Shown: piece by piece, positions 17,040 through 25,796 of the stretch
Position numbering within the stretch: position 1 is the stretch's first letter
Layout of the letters: each line of letters starts with the position of its first letter
DNA from: Oscillospiraceae bacterium
Lineage (GTDB): Bacteria; Bacillota; Clostridia; Oscillospirales; CAG-272
NCBI GenBank assembly: GCA_015064585.1
Contig: SVRY01000001.1
Coordinates: 61,558-125,557, forward strand
DNA length: 64,000 nt
Reading direction: 5' to 3'
The notes under the pieces: generated by a model
Told to the model about the DNA's origin: nothing
What the model saw: only the letters and a program-made list of their open reading frames with translations
Database searches by the model: none
Position numbers and translations under genes: made by a program

Positions 17040-17741
17040 ATGAAGCCGCTTTGCGTTATGGAAGAACTGTTGATTCATGATGTGTCTATTGATAAGGCGT
17101 GCCGTTTGATTGCACAGAGATCACCGCGTACATTTATGATGGTTTTGATGGCAGATGCGGCGCTTGTGATGCGCTGTGCAAAAGATAAGACGGAGAAAGA
17201 GGCGTGCGCCGCTGCAGACTTGATCTTTGCGCAAGGAAAAGAAATGAGGTCTTTGGCAGGAAAACTGGGAACGCCGCTGTCGGAGGCGTCCTTTACGGGA
17301 GCGGATCTGCTCTCGGCTTTGATGGCAAAAGGATTGGACAGATTCTTTTTTCTTGGCGGGGAAAAGGGCTTGGCGCGCCGCGCCGCAGTGGCAGCGGCAA
17401 AACGATCGGGAAGAGTTCCCTGCCCTGCAGTCGGCGGCGTGCCGGGGAATTTTTGCCGAAAAGGCAAAGAGAATACTGCTGTGTTGACCCGCATTTGGGA
17501 ATGCCAACCGCAGGTTGTAGCTGTGTGTACCGAAGATAGCGCGAATTGGGTTTGCTGTAATCGAAATAAATTGCCGCCTGCACTGTATATTTGCGCTCCT
17601 GAGCGCACTATGTGGGAACTGGTGGGAATCAATGCGCTGTTTGTGCAGGACCGTATGGCGCAAGAATTGTGGCAGAATTATCGTATGAGATGGATGTTGT
17701 ATTTATATCTTAGACAAAGAATAAAGAAATTGGTGCAATAA
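17040..17741 (+). CDS. WecB/TagA/CpsF-family glycosyltransferase-like protein, apparently degenerate
   Basis: 233 aa, collinear by eye with TagA (ADLIF..G...FFFLGGEKGLARRAA...), but the conserved PDG.G and PKQE.W positions read AQGKE and EDSANW. AGGAGG RBS. Confidence 0.5.
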   Translation: MKPLCVMEELLIHDVSIDKACRLIAQRSPRTFMMVLMADAALVMRCAKDKTEKEACAAADLIFAQGKEMRSLAGKLGTPLSEASFTGADLLSALMAKGLDRFFFLGGEKGLARRAAVAAAKRSGRVPCPAVGGVPGNFCRKGKENTAVLTRIWECQPQVVAVCTEDSANWVCCNRNKLPPALYICAPERTMWELVGINALFVQDRMAQELWQNYRMRWMLYLYLRQRIKKLVQ

Positions 17742-17790
17742 ACAAGAAAGGAAACCTTCTTTTGGAAAGTTTCCTTTCTTGTTTATTGTT
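17741..17790. terminator. Bidirectional terminator between convergent genes
   Basis: Perfect 16-bp stem AAACAAGAAAGGAAAC / GTTTCCTTTCTTGTTT (17741-17756 and 17770-17785). Confidence 0.75.
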
Positions 17791-17792
17791 TG

Positions 17793-20558
17793 TTATCGGG
17801 TGACCGATACAGTGCCGTTTGAGGCAACAGTGATGTTTGCGTAGGATGCGGTTTTGAAGGCGGTGGTTTCACTGCCTTCATATGCGATGGGGGTGATGCT
17901 TACGCTGTAAGTACCTTCCCCAAGGTTTGTAATGCTGTGACAGAATAGATATGCGCTGTTGCCGTTTGGGTTAAGGGACACGGTACCGGAAGATGTTTTT
18001 GCGGCAACAGAAACAGCAACGCCGTTTTTGGATTTGAGCTCCGTATATACGGTGGCGGTGGGGCAGGTGTAGCTGCTTGCTTTGCCGGTGGCATCGGTAA
18101 AGGTGATTTTCAGATCAAATCCATTGTATGTATCAAATGCATTTTGGGTAATATATCCGATAAATCGGATGGAATTTTTACCTGTTTGCAGACCGACATA
18201 GCTTACATCATAAACTATTTCGGTTAATGAATTGATGGCGTTTTCCAAATTTTCCTGTGCTTTGATCAGTTCCTCTGCGGTGGCACTTTCCAGTGCTTTT
18301 TTGGCTTGCGAAACTGCAGCTTCATAAGCTTCAAAAGATTCCTTGGTGTAATCGTCTTTGTTATATGCAGGCAGATTGTTCAAAGCGTTTTCCAAAGATT
18401 GTTTTGCAAGGATCTGATCGTAGTCCACTTTGGTTCCGTATGCACGCACCTCATTGATATGAAATGCGGAATTGGCGGAATTGTACTGCCCTACAATCTT
18501 GATGTATTTTGCATAAAGAACGGTGTCGGTAAATGTAAAGTCGTTGCCATATACGGTTTCGGCGGTTTTATCGCTCTTGCTTCCGACTTTAGTATAGTTA
18601 ATTCCGTCTGTGCTTGTATATACAGTGTAATGATAATATCGGTTATCTGTACGCATCCAATAGGCGATCACGTTGATTTTGTCAAGCTGATACACGCCGT
18701 CCAGAGCGACGGTGGCAAAGGGGGAATCGGCGTATTTGCCTGCGTCCCAGTAGGTGGAACGGTCGCCGTCGTTGATCTTGTCACTGGTGGCTGTGGCAGA
18801 GGAGGATGCGGAAGTGTCCGATCCGCTGGAGGTAACGGTTTTATTCAGAGCTATATTATTTGCTTCCGAACCGAAAACTTGGATCTCGCAGATATGGATA
18901 TTGTTGATGTCAGCTCTGCCGACGACTTTGGTGGAAACACCGACAAGCTTGACATATGCTGTTTTAGCTTGCATATTGTGTGTAATGCCATTTGAGGTGA
19001 CGTATTCATCGGAACTGTTTTCTCCGATGGAGAACCAATTTTCACCGTCTGTGCTGCCCAGTAATTTGTATTTGTAGATGCGCTGACCGCCCCAATAGGG
19101 GTATACAGTGACAGCTTCCACATCATACAGACCGTCCAGATCGATGATCAGTTCTGCTTGGGCGCTGGGAACATTGGTATTTCCGTTTAAACTTGACCAG
19201 TAGTTGGAGGTGCTGATGGTGCCGTCGGTGACCTTAGATGCTTCGGTGCTGTTGCAGTTGACGGTAACATTCATTTTGTAGGCGATGTTTGCAAGCAGAA
19301 CCAAACTGTCCATGGCTGCTGACAGACCGGTGTATGCATTTCCCACTTCGGTCAGTGTAGGACTGCTTTGGGCAAGAACTGTTTTGGCATTTGTCAGCGC
19401 GCTTTGCAATTTTGCGAAGGAATCGGCGGTGTATTTACCGGATTGGAGCGTATTTGCTTCATCGACCAGATTTTGCAGATACTGCGTGGAGAAAAAAGTT
19501 GCTTTGGTTTCGGAAAGGGACATGTTTCCTTTTACGGTAATTCCGTTTTCGGTGTAGGAAACCGAAATTGTCTGTTCACTTCCCTGCGCGGCGTTGAATC
19601 CGGAAATGGTTATCAGGTCGGTGATGTCGCGGGTATAACCGTTGTGATAGGTAGCGCTTGCGGAAATGTCCAGCGGATTGCCTTTTTGGTGGGGTTTATT
19701 CAGTTTTATATCCAGCTGTGCCAACTGAGACAATTCGATTTCTACTCCGGAAATGCTGACACCTGCCACCGAGGAGATTCCCGATGCCTGCAGGGAGATG
19801 GATTCGTATCCGTTGGTGCCGGTGTAATAACCTGCGTTGGAAATCAGATTGAGCGGTTTGCCGCCCGATTCATATGCGGCAAGCAAGCACTTGGAATAGA
19901 ACAGGATGCATCCTCTGGGAATGTGGTAGTCGCTGGTGACCATAACAAAAGAGGATACTTGGGGATACTGTTTATTCAGAATATCGTAGGTGTTTTTTGC
20001 ATTGCCCACAGTATCGGCGGCTTTATCTTCGATGATCAAGCGAGTGGAGTCGAGACCGTTGTTCAATAACCATTGCCCCATGGCGCCTCCTTCGGTTACG
20101 CCGTTTGTGCGTTGACCGCCTGTAACTACTACATAGGCATTGGGATAGGCTTTGGCGAGCGAAAGTCCGGTCTGCAATCTGCCGATCAGCTCATTTTTCA
20201 TGGTGCCGTCGGAATTCAGGGAGTAGCCCAAAATGACGATTGCCATGCTGTTGTCCTGCGGAAGATTTTTGTCAATTGTTCCTGTATTGACAGTCATATC
20301 CGTATTGACATGGCTCCAATAGTCCATGATCTGCGTCCAGACGGCAGCTTTTTCTTTGTTTATTTTGGCCATATCGTCCAAAATGCGCATAATATCGGTT
20401 TGGGCGTTTTCTTGGTATTCTTTATAGTAAACAATAAGTTCTTTGATATAATCATTTACTGCTTTTTCGGCGGCTGCCATAATAGGAGTGGCTAGGATGT
20501 TCAGCGCTATAATAAAAGCAAATAAGAATGATAGATACTTGGTTGTCCGAGTGTTCAT
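17793..20558 (-). CDS. Secreted/anchored multidomain protein: YdcF/DUF218-like domain, Ig-like region, helical repeats, two F5/8 type C (discoidin) domains, C-terminal Ig-like domain
   Basis: Start at ATG 20558 (AAGGAGG 8 nt upstream). N-terminal TM/signal segment, DUF218 signature (VILGYSL...VVVTGGQ...TSDYHIPRG), and two discoidin-like repeats (VTDGTISTSNYW...; INDGDRSTYWDAG...). Confidence 0.8.
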   Translation of the reverse strand: MNTRTTKYLSFLFAFIIALNILATPIMAAAEKAVNDYIKELIVYYKEYQENAQTDIMRILDDMAKINKEKAAVWTQIMDYWSHVNTDMTVNTGTIDKNLPQDNSMAIVILGYSLNSDGTMKNELIGRLQTGLSLAKAYPNAYVVVTGGQRTNGVTEGGAMGQWLLNNGLDSTRLIIEDKAADTVGNAKNTYDILNKQYPQVSSFVMVTSDYHIPRGCILFYSKCLLAAYESGGKPLNLISNAGYYTGTNGYESISLQASGISSVAGVSISGVEIELSQLAQLDIKLNKPHQKGNPLDISASATYHNGYTRDITDLITISGFNAAQGSEQTISVSYTENGITVKGNMSLSETKATFFSTQYLQNLVDEANTLQSGKYTADSFAKLQSALTNAKTVLAQSSPTLTEVGNAYTGLSAAMDSLVLLANIAYKMNVTVNCNSTEASKVTDGTISTSNYWSSLNGNTNVPSAQAELIIDLDGLYDVEAVTVYPYWGGQRIYKYKLLGSTDGENWFSIGENSSDEYVTSNGITHNMQAKTAYVKLVGVSTKVVGRADINNIHICEIQVFGSEANNIALNKTVTSSGSDTSASSSATATSDKINDGDRSTYWDAGKYADSPFATVALDGVYQLDKINVIAYWMRTDNRYYHYTVYTSTDGINYTKVGSKSDKTAETVYGNDFTFTDTVLYAKYIKIVGQYNSANSAFHINEVRAYGTKVDYDQILAKQSLENALNNLPAYNKDDYTKESFEAYEAAVSQAKKALESATAEELIKAQENLENAINSLTEIVYDVSYVGLQTGKNSIRFIGYITQNAFDTYNGFDLKITFTDATGKASSYTCPTATVYTELKSKNGVAVSVAAKTSSGTVSLNPNGNSAYLFCHSITNLGEGTYSVSITPIAYEGSETTAFKTASYANITVASNGTVSVTR

Positions 20559-20586
20559 GCGGAATTCCTCCTTTTGATTTGAGAGA

Positions 20587-21309
20587 CTATTTTTTGTTGC
20601 TTTCTTCCTCACTCATACCGCAGGTTAAAAAATAAATGGATCTTTCAACCGCATCTTTGGCGTTTCCCCAAGGCTCGGCATCGTAGCGGTAGTCGAATTT
20701 GTTGCAGAAATGGGAAACGTCGCCGCGTAATGAATCAAAATAATGAAAGAAGGGTTCGGCGACTCTTGCGTGAAATTCGCTATATTTTTTCTTGTTCAGA
20801 CGATCTTTTGCGCATGATAAAAACCTTGTAAAATGCGGAATGCAGTAGGAGGGTTGTTTTTGCGCTTTTTTAGGGAATTCGGGGTCGTCTTCATATAAGA
20901 TGATGGCTGTTTCGAACATTTTTTCAAAATTGGAGGAGATCCGCTTACATATGTAGCAGCTGTCTTTCAATTCTTCTGCCCGTTTGATGGCGGCGCCTCC
21001 CTTGCCTTTGACCAAGTCCACTGCGGCGTTAGACATTTCTTCGCGCAATTGGTTGAGGTGGCTTTCCAGGATCAAACCCATGCCCAGGCGGTTTTTGCGA
21101 GTGAACATTTTACTGTAATGATCGTGGCAAAAGCCTTGCTTGTTGGTACGGATGCGAATATCCGGCTCCATCATGGCTCCGCCCAATATGATCTCCAGTT
21201 CATTTTCCTCAAGCATATTGTAAAGGCGGCAGAAAGGGCATTCCTTGCCTCGCTCCAAGGATGTGTCGAATGCCTCACTGACCGGTATTTTATATATGGA
21301 TTCAGCCAT
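20587..21309 (-). CDS. Conserved hypothetical Cys/His-rich protein (possibly DUF6062)
   Basis: 240 aa with a twice-repeated CxxC...CxxH pattern (CPFC...CHDH; CYIC...CIPH). The family name is from memory only. Confidence 0.6.
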   Translation of the reverse strand: MAESIYKIPVSEAFDTSLERGKECPFCRLYNMLEENELEIILGGAMMEPDIRIRTNKQGFCHDHYSKMFTRKNRLGMGLILESHLNQLREEMSNAAVDLVKGKGGAAIKRAEELKDSCYICKRISSNFEKMFETAIILYEDDPEFPKKAQKQPSYCIPHFTRFLSCAKDRLNKKKYSEFHARVAEPFFHYFDSLRGDVSHFCNKFDYRYDAEPWGNAKDAVERSIYFLTCGMSEEESNKK

Positions 21310-21404
21310 CTTTTGTATCCTCCCTTGATTTTTTATAGATTATGCGATACAATACTGGTATTGTAGCATGTTAAATAAAATTTGTCAATAACGAGGATGA
21401 AATT

Positions 21405-22355
21405 ATGAATAACCCCTTCCCTTTTAGTGATTCCAACAAACGATATTATACATTTGATTATTATTTGCGTCGTACTTTTGGAGGAAAATGTGCAAAAATC
21501 ACTTTGGATGGGGGATTCACCTGCCCCAATCGGGATGGTACGCGCGGTATTGGCGGATGTACTTTCTGCTCGGGCAGGGGTAGCGGCGATTTTTGCGAAA
21601 AAGCTTCCGTACCGATCGCTGATCAGTTTGCCGTACAAAAAGAAATGATGCGTAAAAAATGGGATAACGCGCGTTTTCTTGCTTATTTTCAAGCGTATAC
21701 GAACACGTATGCTTCGTTACCGCAGTTAAAAGAATTATATGAAGAGGCTTTGAGGCAGCCTGATGTAGTGGGGCTGAATATTGCTACCCGCGCTGACTGC
21801 CTTACGCCTGAAATAGTGGCGTATTTACGGGAGCTCTCCGAGCGGACTGCGCTGACGATTGAATTGGGCTTGCAAACGATCCATGACCAAACGGCAAAAC
21901 GGGTCAATCGCGGTCATTCGTGGCAAGAGTTTTTGGATGGATATGAAATGCTTTCGGGCTTGGATGTCTGTGTACATATAATCAATGGACTGCCGGGAGA
22001 AAGTGCCGAAATGATGTTGGATACTGCCAAGGCGGTTGCCGGATTGCATCCCAAGTTTTTAAAAATACACTTATTGCATGTGCTGGAGGGGACTGTTTTG
22101 GCATCACAGTATTTAAAAGGTGAATTTTCAGAACTGTCACTTGCGGACTACGTGCGGATCGTGTGCGACCAACTGGAAATATTGCCGCCCGAAACGGTTT
22201 TGGGCAGAGTGACAGGAGATGGACCTGCTGATAGTTTGATTGCACCGCTTTGGAGTAAAAAGAAGCTGGTTGTGATGAATGAAATCGACAAAGAATTGGT
22301 CAGAAGGGGCAGTTATCAGGGAATTTGGTACAATTGCACAAAAAACAAGACGTAA
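21405..22355 (+). CDS. TIGR01212-family radical SAM protein (YtqA-like)
   Basis: 316 aa: KITLDGGFTCPNRDGTRGIGGCTFCS... is the characteristic N-terminal cluster of this family. Confidence 0.85.
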   Translation: MNNPFPFSDSNKRYYTFDYYLRRTFGGKCAKITLDGGFTCPNRDGTRGIGGCTFCSGRGSGDFCEKASVPIADQFAVQKEMMRKKWDNARFLAYFQAYTNTYASLPQLKELYEEALRQPDVVGLNIATRADCLTPEIVAYLRELSERTALTIELGLQTIHDQTAKRVNRGHSWQEFLDGYEMLSGLDVCVHIINGLPGESAEMMLDTAKAVAGLHPKFLKIHLLHVLEGTVLASQYLKGEFSELSLADYVRIVCDQLEILPPETVLGRVTGDGPADSLIAPLWSKKKLVVMNEIDKELVRRGSYQGIWYNCTKNKT

Positions 22356-22393
22356 ATTCTCACTTTTGACCGCCCATAAAACAAAAAATTCTC

Positions 22394-22422
22394 TTGCATC
22401 CCATTTTTCTTTCGTATATAAT
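22394..22422 (+). promoter_or_regulatory. Sigma-A type promoter candidate for the EF-G paralogue
   Basis: TTGCAT (22394-22399), 17 nt, TATAAT (22417-22422). Confidence 0.55.
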
Positions 22423-22494
22423 AGATACAGTGCGAAAAGAGTTGCCAAAACGGCAGCATTTCCATATATTACCAAAGAAAAGAGGATTCCCACA

Positions 22495-24564
22495 ATGGCA
22501 ACAATACCTTGCGAAAAAATCAGAAACGTTTGCCTGCTTGGACACGGCGGCAGCGGAAAAACCACAATGGCTGAAGCAATGCTTTATATGAACAAAGCGA
22601 CCGACAGAATGGGAAATACTTCTGCCGGAAATACCGTATGCGACTTTGATCCTGAAGAAGTCAAGCGTGGATTTTCTATTTCCGCAGCATGTGCAAACTA
22701 TACCTATAGAGGTACAAAAATCAATGTAATTGACGCTCCCGGATTTTTGGAATTTTCGGGAGAGGTGCATGGCGCTTTGCGCGTGGCAGGTTGTGCGGTT
22801 ATTATGGTAGACGCTAAGAGCGGTATCCAGGTGGGTACTGAGCTTGCTTGGGAAAATGCAACTGCGGCAGGACTGCCTAAGGCTTTCTTTATTAACAAGT
22901 CTGATGATCCTGAGGCTAATTTTGAAAAAGTGTTTGCTTCCCTGCGTGAAACTTTCGGTAAATCTGTTTGTCCGATCGTTATTCCGGCGGCAACTCCCGG
23001 CGCATTTATCAATTTGATTGATGAAAAGAAATATGAGTACGGTTCCAGAGGCGAACGCACTGAGTGTGAAATTACGCCTGAATACCGCCCTACTATGGAG
23101 CAATATCGCGAAGAATTGTTTGATGCAATTGCTTCCACCAATGATGACTTGATGATGAAATTTTTTGAGGGTGAAGAAATCACTCGCGAGGAAGCTGTGC
23201 AGGCTATTCAAGACGGTATTCTTGCCCGTACGATTACACCCGTATTCTCCGGTTCTGCTACAAAGTTCTGGGGCATTGGTTCTTTGATGGACAGCATTGT
23301 TGATTCCTTCCCTGCTCCTATTCATAAATCTGTTCGCATTGTGAAAGAAGACGGTTCTGTTGAAAAATTAAAGATGAATCCTGAGGGAGAGCCTGCGGTA
23401 TTTGTATTTAAGACCACGGTTGACCAGTTTGGCAGAACTTCTTATTTTAAGGTTATGAACGGCACCTTGAAGAGCGGTGTTACCTTGAAGAATGCCCAAA
23501 ATGGCACCATGGAAAAGTTTGCTCATATCTATACTGTTATTGGTAAGAAGCAGGTTGAAGTGGATGAGCTGGCTTGCGGTGATATTGGTGTTGTAACCAA
23601 GCTTGCCAATACTTCCACCGGACATACGTTGTCGCTGAATGATGTGGTATATGCTCCTGCCGTCTTCCCTGAGCCTTTCTATACTGTGGCTGTTCGTCCC
23701 AAGGCAAAGGGTGAAGAAGATAAAGTTGCTCAGGGAATTTTCAAGCTGATGGATGAAGATATGACCCTTCGCTTTGAAAACAATCCCGAAACCAAGCAGC
23801 TGCTGCTGAGTGCTATGGGTGACATGCAGATAGATGTTGTGCTGGCTAAGCTGAAAGCGCGCAGCGGTGTTTCTGTTGAATTGTCTGCGCCCAAGATTGC
23901 TTACCGTGAAACGATCAAGGGCAAAGCAGTCGTGGAAGGAAAGCACAAGAAGCAATCGGGTGGTCATGGTCAGTATGGTCATGTTAAGATCACGTTTACT
24001 CCCGGAGAAGGTGACGGATTGACATTTACGCAGAGCGTTGTGGGCGGTTCTGTTCCGAAGAACTACTTCCCTGCCATCGAAAAAGGCTTGCAGGAAGCAA
24101 TGCAGAAAGGCGTTTTGGCAGGATATCCTGTGGTTGGGCTAGCTGCAGATTTGTTTGACGGTTCCTATCATGATGTAGACTCCAATGAACTTTCCTTTAA
24201 AATGGCGGCGTCCTTGGCATACAAGGCAGGCTTGCCGCAGGCTAAGCCGGTTTTGCTTGAACCGATTGGCGAGTTGAATGTTACCGTTCCGGACGGTATG
24301 GTTGGTGATGTAATGGGTGATATCAACGGTAAGCGCCGCGGCTCGGTGCTCGGTATGAATCCTGCTGAGGGCAAGAGCGGTTACACCACCATTCAGGCGG
24401 AGGTTCCGAAGGCTGAAATGGTTGACTATACTATTGCACTGCGTGCTATGACACAAGGCAAGGGCGGATATACATTCTATCAGTCTCGCTATGATGAAGT
24501 GCCCGGAAATGTAGCTGAAAAAATTATTGCACAGGCCAAGCTGGATGCAGAAAATGACGATTGA
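22495..24564 (+). CDS. Elongation factor G paralogue (EF-G-like translational GTPase, atypical G3 motif)
   Basis: 689 aa from ATG 22495 (AGAGGA RBS); the track's upstream extension overlaps the previous gene. G1 GHGGSGKTT, G3 DAPGFLEF, G4 NKSD, and EF-G domains II-V (HGQYGHV..., GSYHDVDS). Confidence 0.9.
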   Translation: MATIPCEKIRNVCLLGHGGSGKTTMAEAMLYMNKATDRMGNTSAGNTVCDFDPEEVKRGFSISAACANYTYRGTKINVIDAPGFLEFSGEVHGALRVAGCAVIMVDAKSGIQVGTELAWENATAAGLPKAFFINKSDDPEANFEKVFASLRETFGKSVCPIVIPAATPGAFINLIDEKKYEYGSRGERTECEITPEYRPTMEQYREELFDAIASTNDDLMMKFFEGEEITREEAVQAIQDGILARTITPVFSGSATKFWGIGSLMDSIVDSFPAPIHKSVRIVKEDGSVEKLKMNPEGEPAVFVFKTTVDQFGRTSYFKVMNGTLKSGVTLKNAQNGTMEKFAHIYTVIGKKQVEVDELACGDIGVVTKLANTSTGHTLSLNDVVYAPAVFPEPFYTVAVRPKAKGEEDKVAQGIFKLMDEDMTLRFENNPETKQLLLSAMGDMQIDVVLAKLKARSGVSVELSAPKIAYRETIKGKAVVEGKHKKQSGGHGQYGHVKITFTPGEGDGLTFTQSVVGGSVPKNYFPAIEKGLQEAMQKGVLAGYPVVGLAADLFDGSYHDVDSNELSFKMAASLAYKAGLPQAKPVLLEPIGELNVTVPDGMVGDVMGDINGKRRGSVLGMNPAEGKSGYTTIQAEVPKAEMVDYTIALRAMTQGKGGYTFYQSRYDEVPGNVAEKIIAQAKLDAENDD

Positions 24565-24575
24565 TTTTTAATATG

Positions 24576-24617
24576 AAAGAGCGTTTCGGTGATCGGGACG
24601 CTCTTTACTTTTTTTGG
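24576..24617 (+). terminator. Rho-independent terminator after the EF-G paralogue
   Basis: AAAGAGCG / CGCTCTTT stem followed by ACTTTTTTT. Confidence 0.7.
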
Positions 24618-24650
24618 TGCGGGTTGTATTAAATAACTTTAAATCGCCAA

Positions 24651-24666
24651 TGTTCCACGTGGAACA
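24651..24666. other. parS: parS centromere-like site 1
   Basis: TGTTCCACGTGGAACA, a fully symmetric version of Firmicute parS (TGTTNCACGTGAAACA). It is the centre of a perfect 48-bp palindrome at 24635-24682. Confidence 0.85.
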
Positions 24667-24852
24667 TTGGCGATTTAAAGTTAAGGCGGTTTGTTTGAAT
24701 GTGCGGAACAAGGCGACAGAAGGTTTTTAAATACGACGGCTGAAAAGGAATGGATTTGCACACGCAGTGTGATAATGTGGATGCAGATAACAAAAGTGCG
24801 GAGGTGTTGCTTTTTGAAAAGCAGGAAATGGAAGCGGAACAAGGAGTTTGTG

Positions 24853-25716
24853 GTGAAAGAACGGTTGGTGTCGGTGCCGATACCGCGAAACGACAGGTTG
24901 TCTGCGATTGTTCCCATTGATCGCATTTGCGAAGAAGAAGGGCGAGATGTTGGCGAGGGGACGGAGGCTTTTTTGGCACTCTGCGAGTCGGTTCGCAAAA
25001 ATGGCATATTGCAACCGCTGCTGCTTCGCAGAGTGTGTGATGAAAAAAGTTCCTTTGGCGGGATATACCTTTTGGTTGCAGGCAGAAGGCGTTTGGCGGC
25101 GGCGAGGAAAGCGGGACATAAAGCGGTGCCGTGCTATATCGTCACTATGGACGCGAAAGAGGCGGCGCTGACGGCTGTGGTGACTGACATGGACAGAGTC
25201 AGCCGTAATATGTTTGAATTGTCGGATGCTATTGAAGAGATGCGCGTGCGTTTTCATATGTCGATTGCTGAAATTTCTATAGGGATTGGAAAAACCGAAA
25301 TATACATTGCCGGAAAGCTGCTTTTGCAAAGATATACGTGTGAGGAGCGCGGGTATATCTTGCGGAATCGGATTCCGGAAGACATTGCACTGGTGCTCCT
25401 TCAAATTCGGGATCCTGCGGCAAGGTTGGCAGCGATGCGGCAGGTGTGTGAAAAGAGAATGAATCGTACTGTGGCGGCTGATTATGTGCGTTCGGTTCTG
25501 TCAAGAAGTGTGCCGTCTCCCAAGAACTCGCTTTCTGATTTGCAGTTTTTTTACAATTCCGTGGATAAGTTGATGGATGCGCTGCGGCACAGCGGTGCGA
25601 ATGCTGACTTGGAGCGCAGAGAATATGCAGAAGAAACGGTGGTTACGATTCGTGTGGCTCACCGAGATGCGCGCCGCTGCGTGCAGGAGAAAAACTTGTC
25701 CGGTCAGAAAATATAG
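24853..25716 (+). CDS. ParB/Noc-like paralogue (ParB N-terminal domain plus HTH), diverged
   Basis: ILQPLLLR...LVAGRRRLAAARKAG (ParB box II-like) and an HTH (SIAEISIGIGKTEIYIAGKL). The start is uncertain: GTG 24853 has AAGGAG 6 nt upstream, while the track ORF begins at 24691. Confidence 0.75.
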   Translation: MKERLVSVPIPRNDRLSAIVPIDRICEEEGRDVGEGTEAFLALCESVRKNGILQPLLLRRVCDEKSSFGGIYLLVAGRRRLAAARKAGHKAVPCYIVTMDAKEAALTAVVTDMDRVSRNMFELSDAIEEMRVRFHMSIAEISIGIGKTEIYIAGKLLLQRYTCEERGYILRNRIPEDIALVLLQIRDPAARLAAMRQVCEKRMNRTVAADYVRSVLSRSVPSPKNSLSDLQFFYNSVDKLMDALRHSGANADLERREYAEETVVTIRVAHRDARRCVQEKNLSGQKI

Positions 25717-25735
25717 AATGGGCGGATCGAACTTG

Positions 25736-25770
25736 ACAAAGGCAGGGGAGACCTTGCCTTTGTTTGTTTT
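25736..25770 (+). terminator. Terminator after the parB paralogue
   Basis: ACAAAGGCAGG, loop, CCTTGCCTTTGT, followed by TTGTTTT. Confidence 0.6.
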
Positions 25771-25780
25771 GGATCACAAA

Positions 25781-25796
25781 TGTTCCACGTGGAACA
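25781..25796. other. parS: parS centromere-like site 2
   Basis: A second exact TGTTCCACGTGGAACA, the centre of a perfect 34-bp palindrome at 25772-25805, about 45 bp upstream of the soj promoter -35. Confidence 0.85.

Noticed and set aside
16223-17663. Numerous overlapping ORFs of 96-185 aa on both strands within the gpr / TagA-like block.
   Set aside because: They are by-products of the locally higher GC content. Their translations are Arg, Ala, Ser and Pro rich with no motifs, and they overlap the well-supported gpr reading frame.
24635-24682. The 48-bp palindrome interpreted as an intrinsic terminator or as the terminal inverted repeat of a mobile element carrying the parB paralogue.
   Set aside because: No T-tract follows it, and a separate canonical terminator for the upstream gene lies at 24576-24617. 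There is no transposase or integrase and no target-site duplication. The two palindromes share only the parS core, not IS-like ends.
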